Positions 52,801 to 64,000 of a DNA stretch of 64,000 bases are shown here, piece after piece. The stretch is from the NCBI GenBank assembly GCA_965655095.1, contig OZ296653.1:81716001-81780000 (forward strand). Reading direction: 5' to 3'. The notes under the pieces were generated by a model, which did not search any database, had not been told where the DNA came from, and saw nothing but the letters and a program-made list of their open reading frames with translations. The position numbers were made by a program, and so were the translations under genes. How positions within the stretch are numbered: position 1 is the first letter of the stretch; each line of letters starts with the position of its first letter. The DNA is from Haplodiscus bocki (taxonomy: Eukaryota).

Positions 52801-55800
52801 TTATTTGACTTGAAATTTTCATTTCCTTGAGTTCTTTCATTTCAGGTGAAACATAAAGAGTGCTGTCATAAAAGAGAGCAACTTCGAAACTTTGATAAGG
52901 TTTGCAAAATTTTGATTAAATCAGTAAACACTAAGCTTTCACAGTGAACAAAGATACTCTCAGAAAGCTCAGTGAAGGGCTGTCAGGCGTTTACTTTGTT
53001 TTGCCAACTGTGGCGAGCGAAACAATTAGACAATTGCGCCCGAATTTGTTTCCTCTAAACCATCTACAGAATTTTTTTCATTTTCTTTTAATTTCCGAAA
53101 TTTTCCATTTTTTTTTTCAAAAAAAACCCAAATTTTCGTCAGAAAAAAAGCATTAAGGAAATTTTACCATTTTTTTTACAATTTACAGCAAATTAGCTAC
53201 CCTTTCTCAAATTCAAGTTTTATTGAAAAAATACATTTTCTCAAAAAAGACGTATTTTCGTACATTTTTATGAAATATAACTATTTTATTTGCATTTTTC
53301 GGCACATTTGCTTCAATTTAGTCACAAAAAATTTTGAGGCTTAAAATAATACAATCAGCAAGGAAACGTTGATACAAGGCGAGAACGGCCCAGTCGGCGC
53401 TTCCCGAAAGGCTCAAAATACTCATTACGATGATTTTCCTGTTTGAAAATTTTTGGGTTGTCGGACAAAAATGTCAAATGCAGTATTCATACGTTTCGTC
53501 CAAAGTTTTTTAGTACAAAATAATTTCGCTGAAGGGAGCCCTATAAACTACCTGGGAAGACAGTCAATTGAAAAAAAATAGGTAATAGCGTTGCGGAATT
53601 TTTGGTTTTGGCAGCAAAGGTGGCACCACGAAAATGCTTGGCTGTAAAGAAACGAAAAGGCCATTTAAATAACCGAGAGATCTCAACAATCAAACATTTT
53701 GCAAAAAATCTGCCGAATTAAGTTCGATTCGCGCTTCTGCATTGTATTACATTGCACTACTTGCTAGAAAACTATTGTTTGGAAAATAAAAGTTCATCTT
53801 CAGCTGAAAAAAAAACTGGGAATTTTGAATCGACAGTTTTTCTTGCAAAACGATTAGGCACAAACTCTACCATTCTCTACCTGCAATCACGTTGAGTTCT
53901 CAAAGTACTTCTCAAAATTATTTTAACAACTTTGGAGCGTATCATTTTTCGGTGTGCTAACCTTCTTGAAAAAACGCTCAATTCGCTACTTGAGGCGCAT
54001 TCATTGTAAAGCAGCAAAAATCCATCACTTCTACATCTTGAAAAAATTTTGAACAATCTATGAAGCTCAATGGTTTGTATTGATTTATGCTGGTTGCGTA
54101 GTTGAAAAGCTAGTTGAAAAAGTAAAAGATTGAAAATTCTGAAAAAAACTAACCAGATGAAGCACATTGGATACACAAACTCGTTTTTTTCCAAAAAAAG
54201 TTTAATTTGTTTGAAAAACTGTACGCTCATCCTAATCTGAACTATTGCTGGGCGAAAAGTTCTTTTGGCCGGTGAAATACAAAGAAAATGGTTCAAAACG
54301 CAAATTTTGGTGAAAATCTTTTCATTACATATGATTAACAATAAAAAAACCTAGAAGATACTTCAAAGCTTTCAAATTAGCCACTTTTCGGGTGAAAAGG
54401 TTCAGCGTTATTTCGCGTCTCGCGTTCATCATTGCATTTAGAATGTAACTCAGGTAACAAGTGAGGCAAAAGTGTCCGAATTCAGCCATGTCCTGTCTCA
54501 AAATAGATCAGCATCATCCCTATTACATCTTTCCTCTTCGCCTTCGATATTCAAAATGAAAAATGCCACACTGTGTCCAAAAACCAATTCCGAGAATTTC
54601 TCCAGAAAATGCAAAGTTCTTTCCTCCAAAAACTGCAGAAATATGTTAAAGGTCTAGACATATACCACTTTCACAAACGAGGTTTTCAGTTCGTCTTCGG
54701 TAACTAGAGCTCGCTCTTTACTAAGTAAGATTGTTGTAAAAAAAGAAACTTGAAGAACTAGTTCAGAGCCGTAGAACGTAATTTTAAACCTGATACAATT
54801 GTAAGCAGGTCGGCCGGCTAGCAGCGGCATATTCTTCGCCCAATTACAAAATTTTTGAACAAATTTTGCATATATTTAAAAAACGAGAATAGTATTCTGA
54901 ATCGAGTTTTCAGAGTTTTCCACAAATATCAAATCCACCAATAATTTCTGCAATTCTTGGCATTATCAATTTATCAATCTTCCGAAGCAAAATACAAAGC
55001 TCGAGATTTTTTCCAGAATCATCCTCTGAAAATTATCTCTTGAGCATTCTAGATAGAAATGCAGCCAGTACTTTTGGGGGAAAAAAGTTTGACTATCAAA
55101 AAAGCTGGCAACAGATCTCACTTTTGCCAATTTCAACTTAAGACAATATGGGTGCAGGGAACATACTTTGGAACAAGTTTATTGAAAAATCTTGGACACA
55201 AATGAAATTGTTAAGTAAGACTTTGATGGAAGAAGTCCAATAAATAGTTTTGGAACAAGATAGTTCTAATACAAAGAAGCATCATACATAAAAATGAGTT
55301 TTGGCAATTCAAGCCTATCCAAATTTCGGAGAAAGGAGGAAAAGTGAGATATGGATTTTGAGTCAATTTGTACAAAAACAAAATTATTGATTGAGACCCT
55401 GACGGAAGAAATCCTAACAATTGCTTTCAGGGAAACCGAGTTTGAACATCAAGACGAAGCAGACCAATCTTCACTTTTTGGTTAGTTAGGTTCATCAGGT
55501 TTCCGTTGCAAGGAACTCAATGTATTGTTTGGCAATCAAGAAAAAATGTCGATTGATACCCTGATGGACGAAATACAGCCAGTAGTTTTGGAAAAAAAAC
55601 GTTTGACTCTCAGGAAAAATCGAAAACTTTTCCCCCTATGGGTTTGTTGGATTATTAAAGTTTCCAATGTAATACTCATTTCCCGAAGTATCTATATGGA
55701 ATGATGCTCTAAAACTCCAAAATGGCTGATTAAGACATCGATGTGAGAAATTCAGCCGGTCGTTTTGAAAAAAAATCCAAATTGATTATCAAGACAAACC

Positions 55801-58800
55801 AAATGAATATGCATTTTTTGACAACTTCCGTCCATCAGAATTGCGTTGCGAGGAACCAGAGGCACCAATTGACATTTCCAAAAGTTTTAACAACTATTGA
55901 AAAAGTCGACTGAAATCTTGAATGAAATGCAGCCAAACGTTTTTGAGAAAAGCAAGTTTATTTTTCGGTAAAACTCATGCAACTTCCACATTATGGCCAC
56001 ATAGATTCAAGCAGTTTGCGATACGAGGTAACTTTCCGTGGAACACTGCTATCAAACGATGTTCTGCAGGTAGAAAAAGGTTGATTGAGACCTTGATAGG
56101 AAGAAATCGCGGTTGTTTTGAAAAAAAATCGAGTTTATTTATGAAAGTGATTCATACAAATGCGCAAGTGACAATTTCCGTTTATCAAGCTTCCGTTTCA
56201 AGGAACCAAGCGCAAGACAGGACAGTCGAGCAGAATTTTACAAGTGGCGATCCATCGATTGAGACACCGATTGAAGAAGTGTAGCCGATAGTTTTGGAAT
56301 CAATTAGGTTTTAATTTCGAGAAAAATCAACCCAAAATGCACTTTTTGGGTAAGTCCATTATTGAAGGTTTCTATGGAATTATTGAAATCAGTTATTGTG
56401 GTTGAAGGACACTTTGCAAGTAGAAAACTGTCAGTTGAGACATTGACAAGGGTTATAACGGGTATTTTTCAAGAACAGTTGATTTGGTTATCAACGTTGC
56501 TCATTTCGTGCTCATGCTATTTCCGGTCAAGAACGTTTCTATTGGAAAAGTTAAATCGCAAAAGAGTTTTTAACGAACAACCTTTTATATGGTGACATAG
56601 ATTGAGACGTTAATGAAAGATATTTGGAAGGTAGTTTCGAAGAAAATTAGGTTTGAATTACGATTTGAAAATTGCATATCCAAAATACTTCTAGCAGAAT
56701 TGATCCTTCCTTCCAATGCCAGGTATTCAAACGTATGTATGTCGATAACGAAAAACATTCCACAAGTGGATAATCGTCGATTGTGGTCTTGATGGAACAG
56801 GTCCGGTCGGCCGTTTCGGAGGAAAATGGCTTTAAATATCGAGAACAATAAGTACCATGGCTTTCGAGCCTGGTCTGAATCTAAGTACTATACAAGCTAC
56901 ACACGGTAGTGTTCCAGAAAAAGATGTTCATGAATTGCTTTATTGGTGTTTGGGGCCCACATCGGAAAACAACATTTAGGTACTTGAGAAATCTGCTCAA
57001 AAGTTTTGAAAACTGAAATGAACATAAAAAATTTGGATAGTAGAAAATTATCGAAAGGTTCAAAAATTTTTCGGATTTTGCTAAACATCCGAAACGAATC
57101 GAGTTGATTCACTTATGTAGAAAAGGAAGTCTTTCCCAAAAACAGAAAAACCCCCAAAGTATATCGAAAAAGACTCTTCTGGGACGAAAATTGTCAAAAA
57201 TGTAAAAAAAAAATTTCCAGGAAGCAAAACCAGGTCGTACAAGAGTTGGTGCCTTCTCAGCTGGGGCTACCTATCTGCAATGACACCGCATATATGTATT
57301 ATACAAGCGGTTTTTGAAACTTCAACACGAAGTTCACGTGACATTCAGAAGTTCTGGAAAACGATAAAAACAACACTAGTGAATTGACTAAGTTGCTTGT
57401 GCAGAATTTATGGACAGAAACGAAAACCAGCGGAGAACAGATACCAGTCGACATTATTCATCAGTCTGGCTCGAAAGATATCGGTAAAGCATATGAGGTT
57501 ATGAAAAAAAATGTTGAAAACCTCTCGTCTCACAGTATCGAAAAATTGGCGATGGAGCGCCCTCGGTGTTTTTGAAAATTTTCAAAGTTTCTGGCGCTGC
57601 CTGTTTGTCGGGTCCGATAAATTTAGTGAAGCATAGAGGGGGTATCAGATGAACAAAGCGAAAATTTTTTGTCTCCAAGAAAAAATTCGTGATGGGGCCC
57701 TCTTGTGTTATTGAAAGTTTCTGATATCAAAAAACTTATGCATGAGAAGGGATATCACGATTTTTCGTCGCAATCTTTTTGCCACAGAATACCCAAAAAT
57801 TTCGTAGAAGGGACTTTTGGTGTTTGTGAGTACTCACTTGCCTGTGCTTGGCATAGACTGCACTTCCATGCTCCAAAACAAAATTCCGGGGAAAACCATG
57901 AGCGAAAAATGTAGAAAATTCCCTGTGATCTTGAAAATAATATTAAAAAAACAAAGTACTTACAAGAGTCAACTTCTTATATCCTAAAGCACCGAAAATA
58001 AAAATTTGGTTTGGAGTACAACAGAAACAATCTTCAAAATTCAAAATCGTGTCATTAAAGTAAAAATATATAGGCTAATTCTGGGATTCTAACCCGTACC
58101 TACCGCTCCAGAACCCTGTTGTCCTACAACCTGTGCCATGGTTAGCATTGGAAATTTTGACAATTGTCAGGGAAATCAGAAAAATATATAGCGCGACAGA
58201 AATTCTAACCCGGACTTGCTGTTTGAAAAATTGTTGTCTTGACCTCACTGCCGAGAAAAATTGTTTGAAAATGAAGAAGTCTCAAGAACACAGTGAAAAA
58301 AGAAAAACGTCCGCAGTGAAATAATAGTTTTTTTCACATATTGAAAAAGATGTTGATAAAAATACAAAAAGACTGAGAGCACACGAGTGAAACCTCTGAA
58401 AAATAGCGCACTTTCGCCGTTTCTGGCCATGTTGCAAATTTTCAAAACTCAGAGAATTCTCAAAAAAAAACAATTTTCAGTTGTTATTTAGATGGATGTA
58501 TAGTGTTTTGGAAGGCAAAAAAGCAGAAAATAACAAAAATTGCCGATTCCCCATTTTTGCCGAATAGAGAACGTTAAAAAAATTTCATAGCATAAAAATG
58601 AGACCTAATTTTTAGGGAGACTTGCTGCAAATGCCCTCCCGACTTGGTCTTCAAAGCACATTTTGCTAAGAAGCAGCCATAGGTAACAAAAAAGAAGAAA
58701 TTCCTCGAATCCATAAATAACTTTTCTGGAAAAAACGAGAACCCCCATAATCGAAACTTTTGGAAATTCCTTCTGAGCTGAGTTGAATATGTGCTTCGGG

Positions 58801-61800
58801 ACCGTATTGATAAGGCCTAACAGCCAGAAAATTTAGATGGCAGTCATAACATGCGGAAACTTTGGAAATCGAAATTCTGACTATTTTTGCCCTACTGATT
58901 CGCGTCAAAACCACCATATGAGCCACCGAAAAATTTCAAAGAGAAATATTACTGCGGAAATCCACTGCGATTTTCTACATTCGAGCTTCTGTTTCGTATT
59001 ATATTGAAAAAGTAGGTAGGAAAGCGACATGCAAAAGAAAGTTGCAAAATTTCAGTCGAAATTGAAAAAATAGCTACTTTTGGCCGTTTAAAACACTACA
59101 AGAGCCAGTTTATGACAAGAAGCTTCGAAATTTAGAAAAATCAGGGAAACTTGACGTTTCCTATTAGTACATGCTTTTTACGTCAGCCAAAGACAATAGA
59201 GTGAAAGTTGCAAAAATACAGCAAAAATCAGCTAATTCTGCACTGAAAAAATATGGAAAACTGCAGTCCTTTCAGAAAACACGAAAATTTCCAAACAGTA
59301 TACGTTGGTGATGATGTCAAAGTCTGCGCGAATACGTTGAATTGATAGAAAATATAGTGGATCCCCGAGGGAAGTTGGCAAAATTGATTGTTAATGGTTG
59401 AAAGTTGGCTCAGTTTGGAAAAAGAAATTTTTTGAATACCAATTCAAATCTTGGTCTAGCAGTCGCTAAAAATCCACAAAAATTCAATGTGGAGTGAAAT
59501 TGCTTGAAAAAGCCGACAATTGATAACTCCCGATTCAAAAATTCGCTCTTTTCTCACAAACCCAACCAAAATTGAGAAACTATTGAATGCAAAAAGTGCT
59601 CGGGATTGGATTTGAAGCCAGATGTGCAGCAATCGATAGTACATGGCTGTCGTCATTAACTACTACGCCAAAGGTACCTGATCGTTCACTTACACATGAA
59701 CAATTACAAGCAGTACAGCAATTGGCAGCAAATGCGAATTGTCATCGATACGACAAAAAACGTGCGTCGGCCTTAAGAGACTGTCGCTACCAGCTTAATT
59801 AGTTTTAGACCAAGATCCTATCGTGAAATCAAACCACAAGTCGGGGATATCCAGGGAATCTGTTGAGCACAATTTTTAGAAGCGAAGCAGAACTGAAGAA
59901 AGCTAGCATAAAAAGATTCCGTCAGTTTTTGAAATATTTCGAACCACACCAAACATAAATACTAGGGACAGCTGTCGAAAGCAATACGAAAACTTCGAGA
60001 TTATCGAGACAAACTTCTACATCGGTAAAAAAATGGAACTGGCCACTAAAAAACCATTTCAACTATTCTAGCTACAAGCTGCAGAGTTTTTTGGCAACCA
60101 AAAGACGTCGGATATTCCATAGTAGGAAAATTTTGCAAAAAATGAGGAATCGTATTATCACACAAGATTTAGAAAGCGAACGAGCAAAATTAGTCAAAAT
60201 TCGTAAAATTAGCAATTTGTGCAGACTGAAAAAGCCAACAAAGACTACAATTTCGTGGCAAACTCTTTAATCCTTAATGCATAATGGAACATATCTCCTA
60301 TAGTATTGGTTTTCAATGTCTTTGTAGCTTATAAGGCACAATCGAAGAGACAGGAAGCATAAGTTCCGCAAAAGTCGAAAAATAGCTATTTGTTGTTTAC
60401 TGTAAAACAATGAAAACTTCTCTGAAGAACAAGTACAAAATTTCTTCCTGTATTTAGTGACATTTGTGTTTCTTTATCTTATCAGTATGACTGCGTGACA
60501 GGATGGTTAATAAGGAAGGCAAAAGTAGATTAGTTCTGAGGAGAGCGCGATATTAGCTATGTTGGAATGTATATTTATAAAAACATGGGAGCAAAATCTT
60601 CCACTCAAACGATGCGTTTTTTACCCGATGCTTGCCACTTGCGTTCACGATGTTCGTTCACGTTTCTGAACGTGAAGATTCTTTTTCACCAAATTGTAGC
60701 ACATTTGCCGTAGAATGCGACTGAAATTCTAAGAATTCTAAAAACGATCAAAATTTTGGTTTTTCGAAAAAAAAAATGATGGTTTTTGAAAAAACTTGAT
60801 TTTTTTCAAAATCCCTGAAGGTTGCAAAACTGCTGTAGAATGTGTATCAAATGTTAATATTTCTTCAAAATGTCTTTTCACCCTGAATTATGAGGTTTTT
60901 TGGCAAAAAATCAGAAAATTGTTAAAGTTGGAAAAAACAAAAAATATGATGGAGTTTTTCTCAAAAAAAGTTTTTGTCTTTTCAAAAGCTTTCTTCATAA
61001 AAATGGGGGGGGGCGCGAAAAATATGCCGGTGATAGCAACATAGGGACACCAAGTAGTGCCAGGTATTATACGCTAAGAACTCAGAATAGTCAAAAAACT
61101 CAGAATTACAAGTGAGCAAAAATTTCAATCGCATGGAAAAACTGCACACTAATCAGAATGTTGAAAATTTGGGAGGATACAATGGTCTACTGGTTAATTT
61201 CGACGCTTTGAAGAATTCGCAACTTTTTGGCACTGCGAATCAACAAACTTTAGACGGGATGAGTGGTCATCATTTTGAAAGAGCGGAAAACAAGATGTGA
61301 ATTAGTGTGAAAAATTTCAGAACATTTGAATCTAATCTCCGACTACGGGATGCACTTGAAATCCAATAGTAAACAAGGGCGCTCGCTTTAGGTTGGGAAG
61401 CGACAGGAAGCAAATACAAAAGAAAAATGTAAATAATAAGCAAGGACCATTTCGGTCCACTTAAGCGATCAGCATCGTCCAGTCTGAAGACATTTGAGAA
61501 GTGCAAAGAAACAAAAATTTAAAAAGTAAAATGTCTAGGCATTAAGTTTCACTTAATGCCAAAAAAAATCAACAAAACCTGAAGAAGCTGAGAAAATTCA
61601 ATTGGTAACACTATTTTATCAGAAAAAAAGACTGAATAGGCAAAGATTGGCACTTCTAAGCGGATAATCTAAACTTTCTGAATGAATAAAATGTCTTGTT
61701 TAGATCCCCTACATCAAAGTTTCGGAGAACTACATGCAACCCGCAACCATCAACAGCTCACTTAAGTGACTCCAGTTAATCAAAAATTTCATTATTTTTT

Positions 61801-63599
61801 TCTATTTTTCTATACACGAACATAAGTTCCATTAACAAGCCGGGAATACACCAAGTTGGAGCCGCCCGTATCGCTCAGTATACTTGAAGAGGGAACTGTT
61901 TTGAAAAGTTTCATTTTTTTCGCCTATTCATTATAACAGAAGGGGTTTTCACAATTTTTAGCTAGAAAACCTGCCCGACGATTTCGCGGGAGCCCTTTGT
62001 TGTTCTGAAGCATTGTGATTTTTGAGCACTTTTGATGTAGCAAAGGGCCGGAAAATTTATCTCAAAACGCCCGAAAAACTCCATACAGGGACCCTTTACT
62101 TTTTCAGAAATTATATGCTTTTCTGTACTGGTCGTATAGAATACCCTAGATGAGACGAGCAAGAGATCTCGATAAGATTCTAGCATGATTTTTTCAAATA
62201 TTGCAAAAAAAAATAGAATCTTGATGCCAATGTTCCAATATTCTAGCATAAATGAATTCCAATATTCTAGCATAAACTAGAGTCTGCAAGAATTTTTGCA
62301 AGATTTGGAATACAAGCTATAGAGCTCACAAGATTAAATTGTCAGTTCGAATCTAATAAGCTTCATAAATTTCGCAATAATCTGCCAGATACTCGTCTAT
62401 TTTTCTACATATCAAGGGCAGTAGTAGTATATTTTTCATGGTCACTCTTTCTTTCTGAGTAGTTGAAAGTGTGACTCACTTTCGTCGGTCAAATACACGG
62501 TGAACAACTAGCCATCGAAAAGTCAGGCTTTTTTCCTCAACAGTAAAAACGACGATTAAAAATAACAATCCAAGATTGACCAGATTGGGCGCCGCCGGTA
62601 AGGCTCAAAAAGGACGGAGTTGATTTTCATGTTGAAAAAATTACTTTGGTACATCATTCAAATGAAATCTAAGAAAACATAGCTTTTGCTGGGATTCGAG
62701 CCCGCTACTTGTCGATTCAGTAGATTTGTTAAGGGGGGTATCATGAAAAAATTTTGGAGCCAAGGTTCAATTTTCATTTCAAAAATAGTAATGTTTTGGT
62801 ATATTTTTGTATAGTTTCCGATATTAAATGTAACAAGCAAAAATTTTTGATACCTACTAAGAGGACATCAATTTTTGTGAATATTTTTGTCTCACAGTGC
62901 CGAAAAACGTGGGGGTACACTTTCGTGTTTGAAGAAAACTTTGAAGTCTGAAAAGTTTCGGTAAATTAAAGGGGGGTATCACGATTGTGATCGGAAATGT
63001 TAGTCTCACAGTACCGAAAAACTTCGTAGGGAGTACTTTTTAGTGTTTCGCAAAATTTGTCCCTCCCCAGCAAAGGGTTTTTATGAAACGAAGATTGGGT
63101 CGACCGCAAAAAGAAGAGCAGATCGTTTCGAAACTGGAAAACTCACAGTATTAATCGAGCATTTTTTCTTTTAAAAAGCGCCGACTAAAAACGGAAGCCG
63201 GGACATTTGTAAGCGTTCAGTTGCTTCAATACTGCAATTTTTAAACAAGGAAATTGAATGGAACACTCTTGACAAAGCAGTGAAATTATCAGGCATTATC
63301 TCTTGGCTTATCTTACCAGCCACAAACGAAGGCGTTTCGTAATGCTTAACTTACTTAGAATCATCTTCGTCGTCTCGTTTGCGTGAAATAGGTTTATGTT
63401 TCAGTTGCTGGCTTCTCTTCCGTCGGACCTCCTCGTACTCATTCGGTCTCATCGGGTCATATTCGTCCATTGCTGGCACTCCGGAGGCAAAACTGAATCC
63501 AGCTCCAGGACCTCCTACCTGAGGTACTGTTGAAACAGATTCTTCACTGCCATCGAGAGGAAAGTCTCCACTGTCTCTCTGCCCACCGGCTGACGTACT
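40739..63599 (-). CDS. RBM17: Splicing factor 45 (SPF45/RBM17), partial gene: 8 exons in the window, 5' end missing
   Basis: Exons 63599-63355, 45902-45661, 44256-44185, 43740-43659, 43143-43007, 42652-42558, 41424-41235 and 40836-40739. All introns are GT-AG and the phases chain correctly (2,1,1,2,1,0,1). The SPF45 motif, GAAIAPP, G-patch and UHM occur in the expected order. Confidence 0.95.
41235..41424 (-). CDS. RBM17: RBM17 exon (UHM core)
   Basis: NMVGPGEVDEDVEPETAEECSKYGDVVKVVIFE...DDAVRIFVEFKRMESAIK. Confidence 0.96.
42558..42652 (-). CDS. RBM17: RBM17 exon (linker and UHM start)
   Basis: DHEVREAAKREQEEQESITEMMKRPSKVILLK; TTTGCAG acceptor, GTTAGA donor. Confidence 0.93.
43007..43143 (-). 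CDS. RBM17: RBM17 exon (G-patch)
   Basis: TSVAAKIMKQYGYKEGTGLGKSGQGIATALSVEKTSKRGGKIINA. Confidence 0.95.
43659..43740 (-). CDS. RBM17: RBM17 exon (pre-G-patch linker)
   Basis: ANPIVAAPVPDRPYAKIFHKTDSSMQMG; CTGTAG acceptor and GTAAGA donor. Supplies the phase 1 to phase 2 change needed between its neighbours. Confidence 0.8.
44185..44256 (-). CDS. RBM17: RBM17 exon (GAAIAPP motif)
   Basis: DPSKKGAAIAPPQVQLQAQEKLIA; TTCTAG acceptor and GTAATT donor. Confidence 0.88.
45661..45902 (-). CDS. RBM17: RBM17 exon (RS/Pro-rich, GFAGRYSDSEDEE)
   Basis: RSRTRSPRDYE...PGFAGRYSDSEDEEFEPDKNLP; TTACAG acceptor and GTACGG donor; phase 2 in, phase 1 out. Confidence 0.87.
50530..50935. repeat. Tandem repeat, ~142-bp unit x ~3
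   Basis: TTAAA(C/T)ATAACATCTTC...TTTTTGCTCAAA...GAAATTCA.CAGGC..ACCATTGTA at ~50537, ~50680 and ~50821. Confidence 0.9.
55040..56850. repeat. Highly degenerate ~175-bp tandem array (~11 copies)
   Basis: A motif like TTGAGACCCTGATGGAAGAAAT.CAGCC...GTTTTGGAAAAA recurs at about 55050, 55220, 55390, 55552, 55730, 55910, 56085, 56260, 56435, 56602 and 56786. Confidence 0.7.
57500..57830. repeat. Short-period dispersed repeat (GGGGTATCACGA / TGTCTCACAGTACCGAAAA family)
   Basis: The same motifs recur at ~62730-63050. Confidence 0.55.
60575..61040 (+). repeat. Dispersed ~460-bp repeat (copy 2 of 37195-37652)
   Basis: Colinear similarity to 37195-37652. Confidence 0.75.
62730..63050. repeat. Short-period dispersed repeat, same family as 57500-57830
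   Basis: GGGGGTATCA.GA and GTCTCACAGT.CCGAAAAAC repeated. Confidence 0.55.
63355..63599 (-). CDS. RBM17: RBM17 exon (SPF45 motif)
   Basis: STSAGGQRDSGDFP...AMDEYDPMRPNEYEEVRRKRSQQLKHKPISRKRDDEDDS; TTTCAG acceptor and GTAAGT donor. The DEYDP..PN.YE motif is characteristic of SPF45. Confidence 0.92.
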
Positions 63600-64000
63600 C
63601 TGAAACGTTACATAAACGTTACGTAATCTACCACAAGCATCACGATGAAATTGTATGACATATGTAACATGTTATTTCAAAAAACAAATAGCGAATCACT
63701 AGAAAAAATTCCATTAAAACATTCATACAACCCTTGATTATTTTAAGGAGTCAAACAAAATGACAATTAATAGGGACATGATTTTTCACAGCTAAAAATT
63801 CTCAGTAATGTATGCGAAGATTTTACAGTCTTTAAAATCTCGAAGCCGTATGACGTCTACCTGACCGAATTGAATATACACGAGATTTTGTCCTGGTTGG
63901 TGGTTTGAGAGACAATGAATGGAAATTCAGTGATTTCTGTCAGAATTACCAGAAGAAAATTAGACCACAGTGGTCTTTAGCAACACCCAAGGGGAATGAG

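Noticed and set aside
53877-54341. 154-aa minus-strand ORF in the RBM17 intron
   Set aside because: F/L/I-rich composition typical of AT-rich non-coding DNA, with no SPF45 similarity.
62420-62435. AGTAGTAGTATAT resembling the palindrome terminus
   Set aside because: Similarity stops after about 10 bp, and no partner end or TSD was found.
62670-62730. tRNA-like B-box on the minus strand (GGGCTCGAATCCCAGC), with a similar site at ~58081
   Set aside because: No cloverleaf or clear A-box can be built. At most it is a degenerate SINE/tRNA-derived fragment.

Overview
AT-rich eukaryotic (spliceosomal-intron, probably invertebrate) DNA running from a satellite block into a gene region. (1) 1-16756 and 28382-29820 are a tandem satellite of ~1.76-kb units, each built from 13 diverged ~135-bp monomers. 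Units become more divergent toward the array edge. (2) Inserted into the satellite at 16757-28375, with a 6-bp TSD (TCCAAT) and AGTAGT...ACTACT termini, is a non-coding giant palindrome with ~4.7-kb inverted arms and a ~335-bp spacer. Its ends are Polinton/Maverick-like. Its centre contains a 200-N gap and a ~1.6-kb duplication that is probably an assembly artefact. (3) ~29828-37157 is a 5'-truncated, decayed Ty3/Gypsy element. A TARG1/OARD1-type macrodomain lies between RNase H and integrase. It also carries an F-type class I fusion env with two furin sites, a probable antisense accessory exon and a candidate 3' LTR. (4) 40739-63599 (minus strand) holds eight phase-compatible exons of SPF45/RBM17, including one 17.5-kb repeat-filled intron. 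The 5' end of the gene was not found in the window. All similarity calls are by eye; no searches were run.
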